The translations under genes were made by a program, and so were the position numbers. The notes beneath the pieces are model-generated. The model was not told the origin of the DNA and searched no databases. It saw nothing but the letters and a program-made list of their open reading frames with translations. A DNA stretch of 64,000 bases, taken from NCBI RefSeq assembly GCF_001194135.2, contig NC_068985.1, positions 118,783,195 through 118,847,194 of the forward strand. Direction: 5' to 3'. This DNA is from Octopus bimaculoides. Its lineage: Eukaryota. Shown here one piece after another: positions 1 to 13,852 of the stretch (its first letter is position 1; the number at the start of each line of letters is the position of its first letter).

Positions 1-763
1 AGCCCAGAATTCATGATGAATCCTTGAAGGGGATGAAAGCACTCAAGAAATAGTATTTATCCAAATTCTGACTACATTCTTGTTTTATTGATACACACAC
101 ACACATATATATACTTGTAGGCATGTATGTATGTATACATATTTCTGCTTGTGTGTATACACCTGTGTGAATGTTGATATCCCACCGCTTGAATGGTGTT
201 TACATTCCTTGCTGGAATTATGAATTGTTGTTTTTTGAAGACCTGTGGAATAAAAAGTCCTTTACTTGAAAAACAAGTTGCCAACAGGAAGAGCATCTGG
301 CTGGTGGAGTATGAGGTGTCCTAACCCAGAAATATCGAAATACTTGGTAAAACTATCAGCCTATTTTATTTTTATAAATTGTATTGTTCTGGCTTAAAAA
401 GAGTATAATTAAAAACATTTATATATGTCTGTCTGTATGTATGTATGTATGTATGTATGTATGTATGATGAAATAGTGTTGTAGATGATTACCAGCAGAT
501 AGAAAGCATAAGAACTTCATAATGAGTAAAAATAAAAATAAAAAACCCCTGAATTCTATATATGTATTTCCTCATAATTCCTTTTCCAAATTCAAATTTC
601 TAATCTTTCCAGATATTATCAAGGAATGATTATCTCTCATGTAATAGCTGTCATCACTAGGGAAACTATCCCTCTCTCTTGATATTTATATAGTTCAAAT
701 TTACAGAAAAAAAAGACAAAGACAGGTGTAGGAACAACAAGCAGGTGTACTATATATATATAT

Positions 764-798
<35 letters not shown>

Positions 799-935
799 NN
801 NNNNNNNNNNNNNNNNNNNNNNNNNNNNNNNNNNNNNNNNNNNNNNNNNNNNNNNNNNNNNNNNNNNNNNNNNNNNNNNNNNNNNNNNNNNNNNNNNNNN
901 NNNNNNNNNNNNNNNNNNNNNNNNNNNNNNNNCAT

Positions 936-971
<36 letters not shown>

Positions 972-1416
972 GTAGGAGAGACTGTTGTTACATCCATACC
1001 ATCTTTTCATGCAAGTGTCCAGGTATTTGGAGTGGACATTGCAACCTTCAGTGATCAACTATTGTGGTTACCTGCTGAAGATCATAACTGTCTCCTAATA
1101 CCTGGACACCACTCTGAAGCCATGGTACAGCGATCACAAAATGCACACACACACACACACATATACACCTGCATGATATTCTATGAGACTTCTTACAAAT
1201 ACACACTGAAGACATTTTGGTGTTTTACACACAAAAACTAACTATCCAGCTGCTCTCTTTAAACTACACAAGCAAACTTGTATATATCTATACACATACA
1301 CGTGTGTGTGTGTATGTATAAATATATATATACATATTTGCATATCTATGTATATATATGTATGAGTACATATATATATCTATATATATGTGTGTGTGTG
1401 TTTTGTATATATATGC

Positions 1417-1449
<33 letters not shown>

Positions 1450-2189
1450 NNNNNNNNNNTACATGTATATACATACATACATATATATATAAATAATATA
1501 TATATATATATATATATGTGTGTGTATATAAATATGTAACCCACATAAATGCACTCTTCCTCTTTCTCAAACACATAATTATAACTGTATTTCATGTATT
1601 CCTAGCTTCTCAAAAGAAATATCACATGTACTGAAGTCTCACTTGAAAGATGGCAGCAAGTAGCTTTAATCTTAACAAAATTAATTACATCTCATCTCCA
1701 ACAAGTCCCAGAACATGTCAATATAAGTTCTAGAGAGGATAATCAGCAGAGTTCAAGGATGGCAGTACTTGTAGTAACAGTAGCTGTAGTGGTAGTAGTA
1801 GTGGTTGTTATGATGGTAGTGGTATGGACTGTGTTGGTAACGTTTCCTTGCAAAAGGTTGCTGCTTGAAGCCTGAAGCTTTGTGCTTCATTCTATTGCTT
1901 ATAATTCTCCAGCACTCACCTATTGTACACACACATAAGTAAGTATGTAAATGCAAAATAAGGTGGAAAAAAATTGTACTCAAATAAAGAAGATATGCTT
2001 TCTATTAAAGCTGAAAAGACCTTAACAAACTGTTACTTAGAGTTTCACATTACTGTTTGTCAGACAGTTGCGATCATACTAAAATAAAAAAAATTAATTT
2101 TAGTATGATCACAAATGTCCAATGAATGGTAATATGAATCTTTGAGTAACAGTTTGTGAAGAGTTTTTTGGCTTCAATGAAAGGTATGC

Positions 2190-2220
<31 letters not shown>

Positions 2221-2819
2221 AACATAATTAAGGGATCAGCAAACATTTGCTTCACCACATACCGAAGTAATGCTATCTGTTGGAGTCTCAGCTTNNNNNN
2301 NNNNNNNNNNNNNNNNNNNNNNNNNNNNNNNNNNNNNNNNNNNNNNNNNNNNNNNNNNNNNNNNNNNNNNNNNNNNNNNNNNNNNNNNNNNNNNNNNNNN
2401 NNNNNNNNNNNNNNNNNNNNNNNNNNNNNNNNNNNNNNNNNNNNNNNNNNNNNNNNNNNNNNNNNNNNNNNNNNNNNNNNNNNNNNNNNNNNNNNNNNNN
2501 NNNNNNNNNNNNNNNNNNNNNNNNNNNNNNNNNNNNNNNNNNNNNNNNNNNNNNNNNNNNNNNNNNNNNNNNNNNNNNNNNNNNNNNNNNNNNNNNNNNN
2601 NNNNNNNNNNNNNNNNNNNNNNNNNNNNNNNNNNNNATATGTATATATTATGGACTCTCCTATTGTTAGATGATGTAGTAGGGTTTGGCAATTTCTTGCC
2701 GAACAACCACACATATAATTTATTTATAGTGATCAAATGATTGTGTACACATAAGCTCACTCCCTCCATCAAATTGACATTACCTGTACAGGGGCACCAT
2801 GAGCTACATGTAACACTCT

Positions 2820-2965
2820 GACCACCATGCCACACACGAAGACATGGGATGAAGAACTGAAGGATGACCTCAGGACATTGAACCTTATGGAGGAGATGAC
2901 AAAGGACAGAGATATCTGGCACTTTGTTGTACTCAAGAAGACCCGTCCCCCACAGCAGGAGTGTT
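2820..2965 (+). mobile_element. RTE-like LINE 3' end
   Basis: KTWDEELKDDLRTLNLMEEMTKDRDIWHFVVLKKTR, a typical RTE ORF terminus (KTW.E....DL...DR..W). Confidence 0.75.
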
Positions 2966-3264
2966 AATGTCATTCCTCCTGATGAAGAAGATTGACCTGT
3001 GCTGGTGCCACATCAAAGTGCTTGTGCTAATGCCATGTTAAAAGCACTCAGCACATATAGTAAAGTGGTTGGCATTAAGTAGAGCATCCGACCATAGAAT
3101 CCAAACTAAATCAGACTGGAACCTAGTACAACACTCCTGCTTGACAGCTCTGGTCAAACCATCCAACTTATACCAGTATGGAAAACAGATGTTAAAGGAT
3201 GAGGATGAGGATGAGGATGATGATGATGATGNNNNNNNNNNTGATGATGGTGATGATGATGATG

Positions 3265-3295
<31 letters not shown>

Positions 3296-3520
3296 AAAAC
3301 ATCACAAAAATATCAGAAAAAACTGTTACTCAGAGTTTCATGTAGCTGTTCATCGAGCAGTTGTGTGCCCGATGAACAGGAATGTTAAACTCTGAGTAGC
3401 AGTTTTTGTGATATTCTTGTGATGTTTTTGCAGCATTAATAATAAACCATATTACACTACCTCTGGTATTCGAGTACTATTTCTTCCCACCTTGTTTCAC
3501 ATTTATGTGCTTACTTGGAC

Positions 3521-3551
<31 letters not shown>

Positions 3552-4665
3552 TGTATGTATGCATACATGTATATGTGTGTGAGTGTATACATATATATAT
3601 ATACTCTTTTACTCTTTTACTTGTTTCAGTCTTTTGACTGCGGCCATGCTGGAGCACCGCCTTTAGTCGAAGAAATCGACCCCAGGACTTATTCTTTGGA
3701 AGCCTAGTACTTATTCTATCGGTCTCTATAGCCGAACCACTAAGTTACGGGGACATAAACACACCAGCATCGGTTGTCAAGCGATGTTGGGGGGACAAAC
3801 ACAGACATACAAACACACACACACATACACATATATATACACATATACGACGGGCTTCTTTCAGTTTCCGTCTACCAAATCCACTCNNNNNNNNNNNNNN
3901 NNNNNNNNNNNNNNNNNNNNNNNNNNNNNNNNNNNNNNNNNNNNNNNNNNNNNNNNNNNNNNNNNNNNNNNNNNNNNNNNNNNNNNNNNNNNNNNNNNNN
4001 NNNNNNNNNNNNNNNNNNNNNNNNNNNNNNNNNNNNNNNNNNNNNNNNNNNNNNNNNNNNNNNNNNNNNNNNNNNNNNNNNNNNNNNNNNNNNNNNNNNN
4101 NNNNNNNNNNNNNNNNNNNNNNNNNNNNNNNNNNNNNNNNNNNNNNNNNNNNNNNNNNNNNNNNNNNNNNNNNNTATATATATATATATATATATGTATG
4201 TACAGCATCAATAAATTAATAATATGATAAACTAGAACAGTTCGTCAAATGGAAATGAAAGAAAACAAAACCCAAATAAATTAATTAATAAACTAATTAA
4301 TTACAGTGTGTTTAACAGTGATACCTTACTACATCCCACCTTCCAGTTCAATCTGTCAGATACCGATAGTTATCTTTTTTATATTGTGCTTTAAGAAATT
4401 TCATTATTCACCTGAATTGTGAATAATTACGTAATGCTTTGTAGTATTGGCAGTTGTTTTCTGCAGTGGTAGCAGAAGTGTTACTATCTGATGGGTTTTG
4501 TTAAACATACACGCATGCACATATGCAACTACATGCATGCATGTATGTATGTACGTTAGATATTAGACAATAAACCGAATGGCTTATACCGGGTACCTCT
4601 AGTCAAACTTTCCAACCCATGCCAGTATGGAAAACAGATGTTAAAGGATGTTGATGATGATGATG

Positions 4666-4709
<44 letters not shown>

Positions 4710-6562
4710 ATGTAATGTATGTATATATGTGTATGTGTGTGTTTGTGTGTATATATATGCACACACACACACATATATATATACATATACATGTATGTAT
4801 GAATGTATGTAATGTGTCTGCTGTGACTTGCAAATAAAAGAAACAAAAAACTCAAAAAACAAAGAAACAATTTCTAATCTATTATAAGCACAAAACTTGA
4901 AAAGTTTGGGGATTGGACTAGTCAATTACTTTGACACCAGTGTTCACATGTAGCACATGTAGTTGATAGAAGCAAAATTTATAAATATAAACTAAAACAT
5001 AGTAGCTTCAAGCAAATATAATTGAGCTGAGGGAGACTCAGTAAATAAATGAAGAAGCTTTATTGTGTTGCTGGGCCTGCTAGAAATGGCAACCACAATT
5101 TTCCTACAATTACACCCTTTCATCTTAAAGAGGGATCTTGGATAATTTAGTTTCAGATGAATATGTCTGAAAATAAAGGATGGGATTGTAACGGCTGGAG
5201 TGTTTTTGAAAATAGATCTGCATGCTCAATATTTACCTAGGGCTAAATAACACCAACTACAAACATGCATGTATACACATGCATATATATATATACATAC
5301 ACATACAAACATGAGTATATACATACAACGTGGCTATAACTAAATTTTGAGCAATGCTATATTACTTAATTTTTCTCTTAAACATGGGTAGCATGGATGT
5401 GGCTGGCTTTTCAATCCTGTTAAAAACCTAGACTCTTTTGCACATGAATGGTAAACAGTGGATGCCTCTTGCAATAGGTGTTCAGGGAGCTTCCCACCCA
5501 TGCTTATACATTTCCTCATTCTACCAGGGAATTTTTTCCTGTGTGTTTTGTGCTTCTTGGCTAAGACGAACTAAAATATTCAACACATAATAAAGCTGCT
5601 AAAAATCAAACAATACCTGTGTCTGAAGAGAGAAAAGGCCTTTCAAAGACCTTTTCTCTAGATAATGTCTGCACTTGCTCAAAAAGAACATCCATACACA
5701 AGTGCAGGTGTGGCTGTATGGTAAGAAACTTGCTTCCCAATCACATGATCCTGGGTTCAGTCCCACTGTGTGGCACATTGGGTGAGTGTCTTCTACTATG
5801 GTTTTGGACCAACCAAAGCCTTGAGAATGGATTTGGTAGATGGAAACTGAAAGAAGCCCATCAAGTGTCTGTATACATATATGTATATACATATATATCT
5901 ATGTGTGTGTTTGTCTATGTTTGTCTCCAACCACTGCTTAACAACCAGTGTTAGTTTGTGTTCATCCTTGTAACTTAGCAGTTCGGAAAAAGGAGACTGG
6001 TAGAATAGGTTTAAAAAAAAAAAGTGTTGGGGTTGATTTCTTTGACTAAAACATTTCAAGATGGTGCTCCAGCATGGCTGCAGTCTAATAACTAAGATAA
6101 ATAAAAGATAAAGTTACATACATACATACACATACATGCATATACAAACATACATACACACACAAACACATATATATATGTACATATGTACAAAGGCCTG
6201 TCATAGACTGTAAAGTATTGGATTTCCTTGAAAGAGGTACATAGTCTCTACATTCCAGAAAAATAACAGTTGGTAGAGGTGGTCATGGTACAATGTTCAT
6301 GCGTTTCCCAATAGTATTTCACAGCATGAGCAAGGTAAAATGGCTGTGAACTGAAATCATATAATAACTGTAGCTCATCTAGGCTGTATAATGCTACCTT
6401 TGTAGGGGCTTACCTCTTGTCCTATAATAATGGTCCCAAAATGGTGTAACTCAGCATAGTTGTCTACAATAAACCCTTATTGTGTCTGCTGTGACTTGTA
6501 AAAAAAAACAAAAAAACAAACAAAAAACAACAACAACAATGAAGTAATAATTTCTCATAATC

Positions 6563-6598
<36 letters not shown>

Positions 6599-6784
6599 GT
6601 AATGATAGTAATGCTTTCTACAATAGGCACAAAGCCTGGAAATTTCGGGGTACTTATTTTATTGACCCCAGAAGGATGAAACGTAAAGTCGAACCTGGCA
6701 GCATTTGAACTCAGAACATAAAGTTGGAAGAAATGCCGCTAAGCATTTTTCCAGAATGGTATGAAACTCAGCCAGCTTGCCGTC

Positions 6785-6821
<37 letters not shown>

Positions 6822-7124
6822 TAATAATCATAATAATAATAATAACAATCATAATAATAATAATAATAATCCACAGTTTTCCACTTTCATTTACCTTTGC
6901 AATATTTCATATTTGAAAGTCTATAAGTAAATGTTAAATTAATGGTTATTATTTTAAAGCAAGTTTAAGAATAATCACAGAACACTTATTGATGGCATGG
7001 GAGGACACAATAATGGAAGTAGAGTCAAATGTCAAATCTATTATAAAATTCATTTTGTCAGGGACTTTAAATTTCATTTGATGGTATATTCTGATAGTTA
7101 AAGTGACCTTCTTGATTCATGCTG

Positions 7125-7350
7125 ACTCATAAGGGCTGATTTCCTGGTTTCCATGGTGTATAAAGTATCCACCTGGACAGGACAACGGGCTGTCACAGGA
7201 TTACTCATTTTTACCAGAAGAGTGAACTGGAGCAACATGAAATGAAGTGTTTTGCTCAAGAACACAATGCACTGTCCAGTCCAGGAACTGAAACCACAAT
7301 CTTATGATCATGAATCCAACACCCTAACCACTAAGTCACATGCCTCCACT
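7125..7350 (-). mobile_element. SINE family D (tRNA-like head)
   Basis: Minus strand ggaggcatgtgacttagtggttagggtgttggattcatgatc...ggtttcagttcctgg...gtgttcttgagcaaaacacttcat; related pieces at about 63100-63295 and 2745-2800. Confidence 0.7.
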
Positions 7351-8559
7351 ATTTTGATGGTTAGATATATCATCAAAGAAAACTTAATGTCCCAATTAAA
7401 ATGAATCATATAAATCTCATATAAAGTATGAAATGACAGCAAAAGCATATGAAATAGAAAACAATAATTTTTTTGTTTGAACTAGTAGAGTGTTTAGCTG
7501 TGATAATGTTTTTATTTATATAATATATCCATAAATTAATTATTTCTTGCATAGGCACCAAGGCCTGAAATATGGCTGGTGGGAAGGATTAGCTAATACT
7601 ACCAACTCTAGTACGTGTACCCACAAATTAATATATTTTTTTAAGTGTATAACACCAGGAATGAGTTATTATTCATAAGTTTATTAATTTAAAGACTGTT
7701 CACATTTTTACTTTAATGTTTTACATCAACACCATATTTCATCAATGGCCAAGTAGATTAGAATGTTACTGCCTTTATTTTGGAGATAAAAATTCCTGGT
7801 TCAAATCTAGTTGGATACTATGAAAACATCTAGGAATTAGGTCCCTGATGAGGATGAGGGATTATACTGACTGAAATGTTGTGGAGATGTAAATATTTAA
7901 AAATATCTAAAGACAAGGTTAATAGTTTGAAAAATTGTAATTAAGTTATTAATGGATTTCCCATTTGAAAACAGTAAAATAATAATAATTTTAACATAGG
8001 GCAAAGCCTGAAATTTTGGGAGGTGGAGGTTCTTCAATACTATTGACCCCCAGTACTTGACATGTACTTTATTTTATTGCCCCTATAAGGATGAAAGGCA
8101 TATTTGACCTAGACAGAACTTGAACTCAGAATGTAAATAGCTGAAATAAATACTGCAAAACATGCTCTAATGGTTCAGCCAATCCATCACCACACAAAAT
8201 TAAAATTTCTAATTTAAGCACAAGGCCTGCAATTCTGAGGGGAGGGTTTACTCAGTTATACTGACCCTAATACTGTATTGGTACTTTATTGACCTGAGGA
8301 GATGAAAGGCAAAGCTGACCTTGCCATACTTAGAATTCAGAATGTAAAGAGCCCTATGCTCTCACAATTCTGTGAATTCACCATATACTGGAGTTGATAT
8401 CATCAACCATACTCTCCACTTTTGCCTATAAAAGCTAGAGTTGACATAGTCAACTATACTTATTTTAAAAATTTTACTCTAAGAATTGGCCTTTTGTCTA
8501 GACAAAAGTATTTAATAGCAAGTTGATCAGAAGATGATTTTTTATTGGTTACAACTTGC

Positions 8560-8950
8560 ATTTACCTCCAGCACAATGCCAGAAGGGCCATGTATCCTGT
8601 TTCATTGTCGGTATTCTGAGTTCATCAGCAGTTGTAGCGTATTGTTCTCCATCAGGGTCTCGACCTCAAGTTTGGGTCAGTTCTCAAATGATATGGCTAG
8701 TGGGCAAATCTGAGTGTTGCAGACAGTGTCCAGCAAGTTGTATCCATCTTCCTGCTATCATATAGATCAGCTTGGAGGAGGTTGCCATGGAGGTACTTTA
8801 GAATGGCTATGTCCAGATGAAATCTTTGAATTGACAGAAACAGTTAAAATGTTTCACTAAATACTTGGCATCAATCAGTTTTCTCTCCAACTATGCAATA
8901 ACCTTTGTTCTTTGATTTTGCAATCCAATCTTGGTTAAGTAAGTATCAGT
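8560..8950 (-). mobile_element. Highly decayed LINE 3' fragment (RTE/CR1-like)
   Basis: Minus-strand pieces GHSHSK..WQPP resemble AGHC.RS..LWQP of LINE ORF ends; many stops. Confidence 0.35.
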
Positions 8951-9007
8951 AATATTATAAAGTTGGATTTTAATTACTGGACTGTACAACACTTCTCCAA
9001 CAAAAAC

Positions 9008-9871
9008 TGGCCTTACGGTGCTGCTTTATTCAAAATAAAATCAATATTCACATTACTTTCATTTCTAAACAAAAGATATAAAAAAAAACAAACCAAAAAC
9101 AAAAACAAACAAAACCAGTGGTGGAACATAATAGAAAGAACGGGTGGAGGCTGGGGAGTAGAATAACAAAAAAAAAAAAAAATTGACTTCTTTTACTGAA
9201 TGATGTAAAAAAAAATATTGATGGATTCTGATTTGAAAGACATTTTCTTTTACTTTTGTTTTTTTTTTCTTTTATGATTTTTTTCCCCCAGAAAATAAAC
9301 CAAACAAACAGCTAGGACATAATACAAGTAACAGTCTAGAGTGGTATTTGAACTATTTTGAAGAAATTTATAAAGTTTATCCAAACTTTCTGTTCTGTGT
9401 AAATTTTTTTCTGTTAAAAAACAAAAATAATCATACACTTTTTTTTCTTTCATATTATTTGTGTTGTTTTAACTAAATGTTTTTGTCTTTTTTTTGTATT
9501 TCAGATAATATTAAATAAAGGAGAAAGAGATAGAATGAAGAATATAGAAATAGTATAATCAAAATAAAATAATAATAATAATAATAATTACAATAATGAT
9601 AATAATAATAAAATTAACAATGATGGTGATGAAGATAACAAGAACAATAATAATGATAATGATTAACTTCATAATTCAGGCCCAGGGCCAGAAATTTAGA
9701 AGACTTGGGAATGAGGATGTGTGGTGCTCAGCCAGAAATCAAAACCCAGCTGGTGGACTCGGCTTGCCGGAAGCTTACTTCATGCTCTGTGGACTGTGCC
9801 GCAACAATAACAACAACAACAACAACAGTCATAATCATAATAATAATAATGGTAATGACAATAAAAATAAA

Positions 9872-9918
<47 letters not shown>

Positions 9919-10092
9919 TAATAATAATAATAATTGAGGATATGTTGTGGAATGGAGAGAGATGGCATGTTTTATTATTTTTCGTGTTTTTTTTTTTCAG
10001 AAGAAAGGGAGGCAGGGCAAGGCGGAATATAATGAAGAAAGTCACATAGAAAAAAAAAAAAAGAACAAAAAAACAAAAAAAAACAAAGTTGG
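9008..10092 (-). other. Putative FBXL16 3' UTR
   Basis: Follows the stop codon; U-rich on the minus strand; ends at a candidate poly(A) site. The end point is inferred and a longer UTR is possible. Confidence 0.5.
9025..9030 (-). promoter_or_regulatory. Candidate polyadenylation signal
   Basis: Minus strand: AATAAA, then a CA 16-17 nt downstream (9009-9008), then a GU-rich tract gtttttgttggagaagtgttgt. Confidence 0.55.
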
Positions 10093-10241
10093 TTATTCTA
10101 AGACTAAACAGCCAGAAATATTGTCACGGAGATATTGACAGAGGTCTGCCGTGGCACTGTTACAGTTTGTCAGCTCCAATTCTTCGAGGTTACGAAGATT
10201 CACCAGTCCGCAGAGTCCATGACTTGTTACTTGTGAACAAC
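10093..10241 (-). CDS. FBXL16: F-box/LRR-repeat protein 16, last coding exon
   Basis: Minus strand: acceptor ttttactttactag, then GT TGT TCA... = (G)CSQVTSHGLCGLVNLRNLEELELTNCNSATADLCQYLRDNISGCLVLE* with TAA at 10095-10093. Matches the FBXL16 C-terminus as I recall it (GL.GLVQL..LEELELTNC..A...L..Y....L..CLV.E). Length 149 = 2+147, in phase with the upstream exon. Confidence 0.93.
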
Positions 10242-11026
10242 CTAGTAAAGTAAAAAAAGAGAATAACTGAAACAAGAATAAAAAGAACAAGAACAACAAT
10301 AATGATGGTTTCAAATTTTGGCACAACACAAGTAATTTCACGAGAAGGGACTAAGTTGATTACATCAACTTCAGTGTTCAACTGGTACTTATTTCATCCA
10401 ATCCTGAAAGAATGAAAGGTGAAGTCAACCGCAGTGGAATTTGAACTTGGAATGTAAAGATAGACGAAATGCTACAAAGCATTTTGTGTAGTGTGTTAAT
10501 GATTCTGCCAGCTTGCTGCTGCCTTAACAACAATAATTATAATAAGGCAGTGAGCCGGCAGAATCGTTAGCACACTGGGCAAAATGCTTAGTGGCATTTC
10601 ATCTGTCTTTATGTTCAGAGTTCAAATTCTGCCATGGTCAACTTTGCCTATCATCCTTTCGGGGTTGATTAAATAAGTACCAGTTACGCACTGGGGTCAA
10701 TGTAATTGATTTAATTCCTTTTTCTGTCCTTGTTTGTCCCCTCTATGTTTAGCCTCCTGTAGGCAATAAATGAATAAATAATAATAATAATCCTTTCTAC
10801 TAAAGGCACATGGCCTGAAATTTTCAAGGAGGGACTAGTCGATTACATTGATCTCAGTCTTTCACTGGTACTTATTTTATTGACTCCAAAAGGATGAAAG
10901 GCAAAGTTGTCCTCAGCGGAATTTGAACTCGAAAGGTAAGGATGGACAAAATACCACTAAGTATTTTGCCTGGTGTGCTAATGGTTCTACCAGCTCGCTG
11001 CCTTAACAATAATAATAAAAATAATA

Positions 11027-11745
11027 ATAACACCAACTCAGTGAAAAAGAATATATACCACACAAGTGTGACTCATATTGTTAGTGCTTGTGAAAGTCTT
11101 GTGCAGAGAGAGTACAAGTGTAGACATGACAAGGTAACCCAAAACCTCCACTGGCTACTATGCTGTAAGTATGAATATAAGGTAAGTATGAATATAATGG
11201 TAAGTATGAATATAATGGTACTTAGTACCAACATACACCAGAAAAGGTAATGGACGAAAAGGGGAATGTAAAAATCCTTTTGGACTTTGGCTTCCAGACA
11301 GACAAGGTATTAGAGCACCGAAGGCCGAGTATAGTAACCTTTAGGAGGGACAAACAAGAGTGCCTGATAATCAACATGGCAGTGCCAGGAGATCAACAGA
11401 TCATCATGGAAGAAAGAGAAAAGGTTGATAGATATGGAAACCTGAGAATTGAGATCGCTAAAATGTGGCAGCTACGAGAGTCAAACATAAAGGTTTTCCC
11501 TATTGTCATCAGAGCATTGGGTTCAATACCATCCAATCTGAAAAAAACATCTGGAAACTTCAGAAATACTCGACAATCTAGGTGTATTGCAAAAGTCGGC
11601 ATTACTTGGAACTGCATGCATATTGCATAAAGTACAGTCTGAGGTCCTTGTTGTGACTTCACAAACAGTACAACCCCCCCCCCCCCGGTAGACACAATAT
11701 CTTCAATCAACAACCTCATGCTATTGTATATTGTGCGATGTCTAT
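11027..11745 (+). mobile_element. R4/Dong-like non-LTR retrotransposon 3' fragment (restriction-like endonuclease)
   Basis: HIVSACESLVQREYKCRHDKV (CCHC/RHD region), then ILLDFGFQTDKVLEHRRPSIV...LIINMAVPGD...EKVDRYGNL...VFPIVIRALGSIP. Frameshifted; AAT repeats on both sides. Confidence 0.85.
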
Positions 11746-12000
11746 AATAATAATCAGCAGCTAAAATTTTTTTTTCTGTCTTTGAGAGTAGGGGAAGACA
11801 ATTACATTAACTCTAGTAGTTGACTGGTTCTTATTTCATTGATTCTGAAAAGATGAAAGGTAAAGTTGACCTCAGCAGAATTTGAACTTAGAACATAAAG
11901 ACGGATGAAATATTGCAGAGCATTTTGTCTAGCATGCTAATGTTTCTGCAAGTTCCCTGCCTTAGTAATAATAATAAAAATAAAAATAATAATAATAATA

Positions 12001-12545
12001 CCAGGCAGTGACTTTCATGGCTTCTGATCTTAACTAATTGGAAGTGTTATCATGTACATGGTTTGTCTTGGAGTAAAAAAGATGGGTTATAACAAATATT
12101 CTGCTCAATACCACATATTTGCTTCTCAGTTACTTGACCATGACCAGTTGCGCATGTTTTTTAATGAATGATGGTATGTGCATCACTAATCATGAGCAGG
12201 AGTAATGGGGGAGCATCATAGCCATGCATTAAGAGGAATTCTTTGAGGTTTGAATAATTCACCTCTGGAAACATGGGCATTTCCTTCAACATCCTAAAAC
12301 AGTTCTTCCTCATTCGAGGACCTTTTGAACAGGGTGGCTTACTCAACCTGTAGAAAATTTTAACTGGGCCCCACCTGCAAGGTCAAGCCCTGTTTATCTT
12401 GGTATACGATCACTATGTCATGCACTTATGGTTGTGATGCATGTGCCTGGTGCACTCTTATCAGATGGGTGGTCATGATGGGTATGTTGGGCTTTGTATA
12501 TTTGTACCTCAATGATGCTTTGATGGCATGTCCTGCTTTCTAACA
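12001..12545. repeat. Unclassified interspersed repeat between (AAT)n tracts
   Basis: The segment ttctgctcaataccaca...tcatgagcaggagta...gaggtttgaataa recurs at about 46225-46410; no recognisable ORF. Confidence 0.6.
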
Positions 12546-12740
<195 letters not shown>

Positions 12741-12744
12741 AAAT

Positions 12745-12960
12745 CCTTTCTACTATAGGCACAAGGCCTGAAATTTTGGGGGAGGGGACTAGTTGATTAC
12801 ATTGACCCTAGTCTTTCACTGGTCCTTAATTTATTGACCCCAAAAGGATGAAAGGCAAAGTTGACCTCAGTGAAATTTGAACTCGGAATGTAGCAACAGA
12901 CGAAATACTGCTAAGCATTTCGTCCTGTGTGCTGACAATTCTGTCAGCTTGACACCTTAA
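12745..12960 (-). mobile_element. SINE family B (~230 bp, TTA-repeat flanks), representative copy
   Basis: Consensus aaggcggtgagctggcagaa...gagttcaaattcc...gcctttcatcctttcggggtcgataaaataagtaccag...gcctatagtagaaaggattatt. About 30 copies, e.g. 6610-6790, 7995-8390, 10310-11005, 11770-11965, 20150-20365, 26545-27430, 29510-29650, 33935-35610, 37490-38320, 40740-41060, 54505-54935, 57610-57830, 60380-60530, 63555-63990. Confidence 0.88.
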
Positions 12961-13185
12961 TAATAATGATAATAATAATAATAATAATAATAATAATCAT
13001 CATCGTTTAATGTCTGCCTTCCATGCTAGCATAAATTTATTACATAGACACAAGGCCAGAAATTTGGTGGAATGAAATAGATGATTAAGTCAAATCCCAT
13101 ACTTTATCCAACATCATGATGAGTTTGCTGTCTTGAATAACAAGAATAATCTTTTCTAGTATAGGCACAAAGCCTGAAAATTGGA

Positions 13186-13239
<54 letters not shown>

Positions 13240-13504
13240 NNNNNNNNNNATGGTGTTAATACTAATGCCGGTAATTGAACAATGTTTGCTTTAGCAGTAG
13301 TAGTCGTCGTCGTCGTCGTTTAATGTCCGCTTTCCATGCTAGCATGGGTTGGACGATTTGACTGAGGACTGGTGAAACCAGATGGCTACACCAGGCTCCA
13401 ATCTGATTTGGCAGAGTTTCTACAGCTGGATGCCCTTCCTAAAGCCAACCACTCAGAGAGTGTAGTGGGTGCTTTTACATGTCACCCACACGAAGGCCAG
13501 TCAG

Positions 13505-13852
13505 GCGGTACTGGCAACGGCCACGCTCATCTCGCTCGAGAAACCTCATGTGTCACCCGCACAAGAGCCCCAGCCCAGGGGCACTGGCAACGATCCCGCT
13601 CGAAAATCCTACAACAACTCCACACAAGAGCTAGCTCAGGGGCACCGGCAACGATCTCGCTCGAAGAAATTCCATGTGTCACCCGCACAAGAGCCAGCCC
13701 AGGGGCACCGGCAACGATCCCGCTCAGAAGATTTCATGGGTCGCTCGCACAAGAGCCAGCCCAGGGGCACCGGCAACGATCTCGCTCAGAAGATTTCATG
13801 TGTCGCCCGCACATGAGCCAATCCAGGGGCACCGGCAACGATCCCGCTCGTT
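13505..13852. repeat. GC-rich ~62-bp minisatellite, about 5-6 units
   Basis: Unit caagagccagcccaggggcaccggcaacgatcccgctcagaagatttcatgtgtcgcccgca; units start at 13688 and 13750 (period 62). Confidence 0.92.

Noticed and set aside
5705-5770. tRNA-like sequences at SINE heads
   Set aside because: A/B boxes belong to SINE 5' ends; no complete cloverleaf, so no tRNA gene is called.
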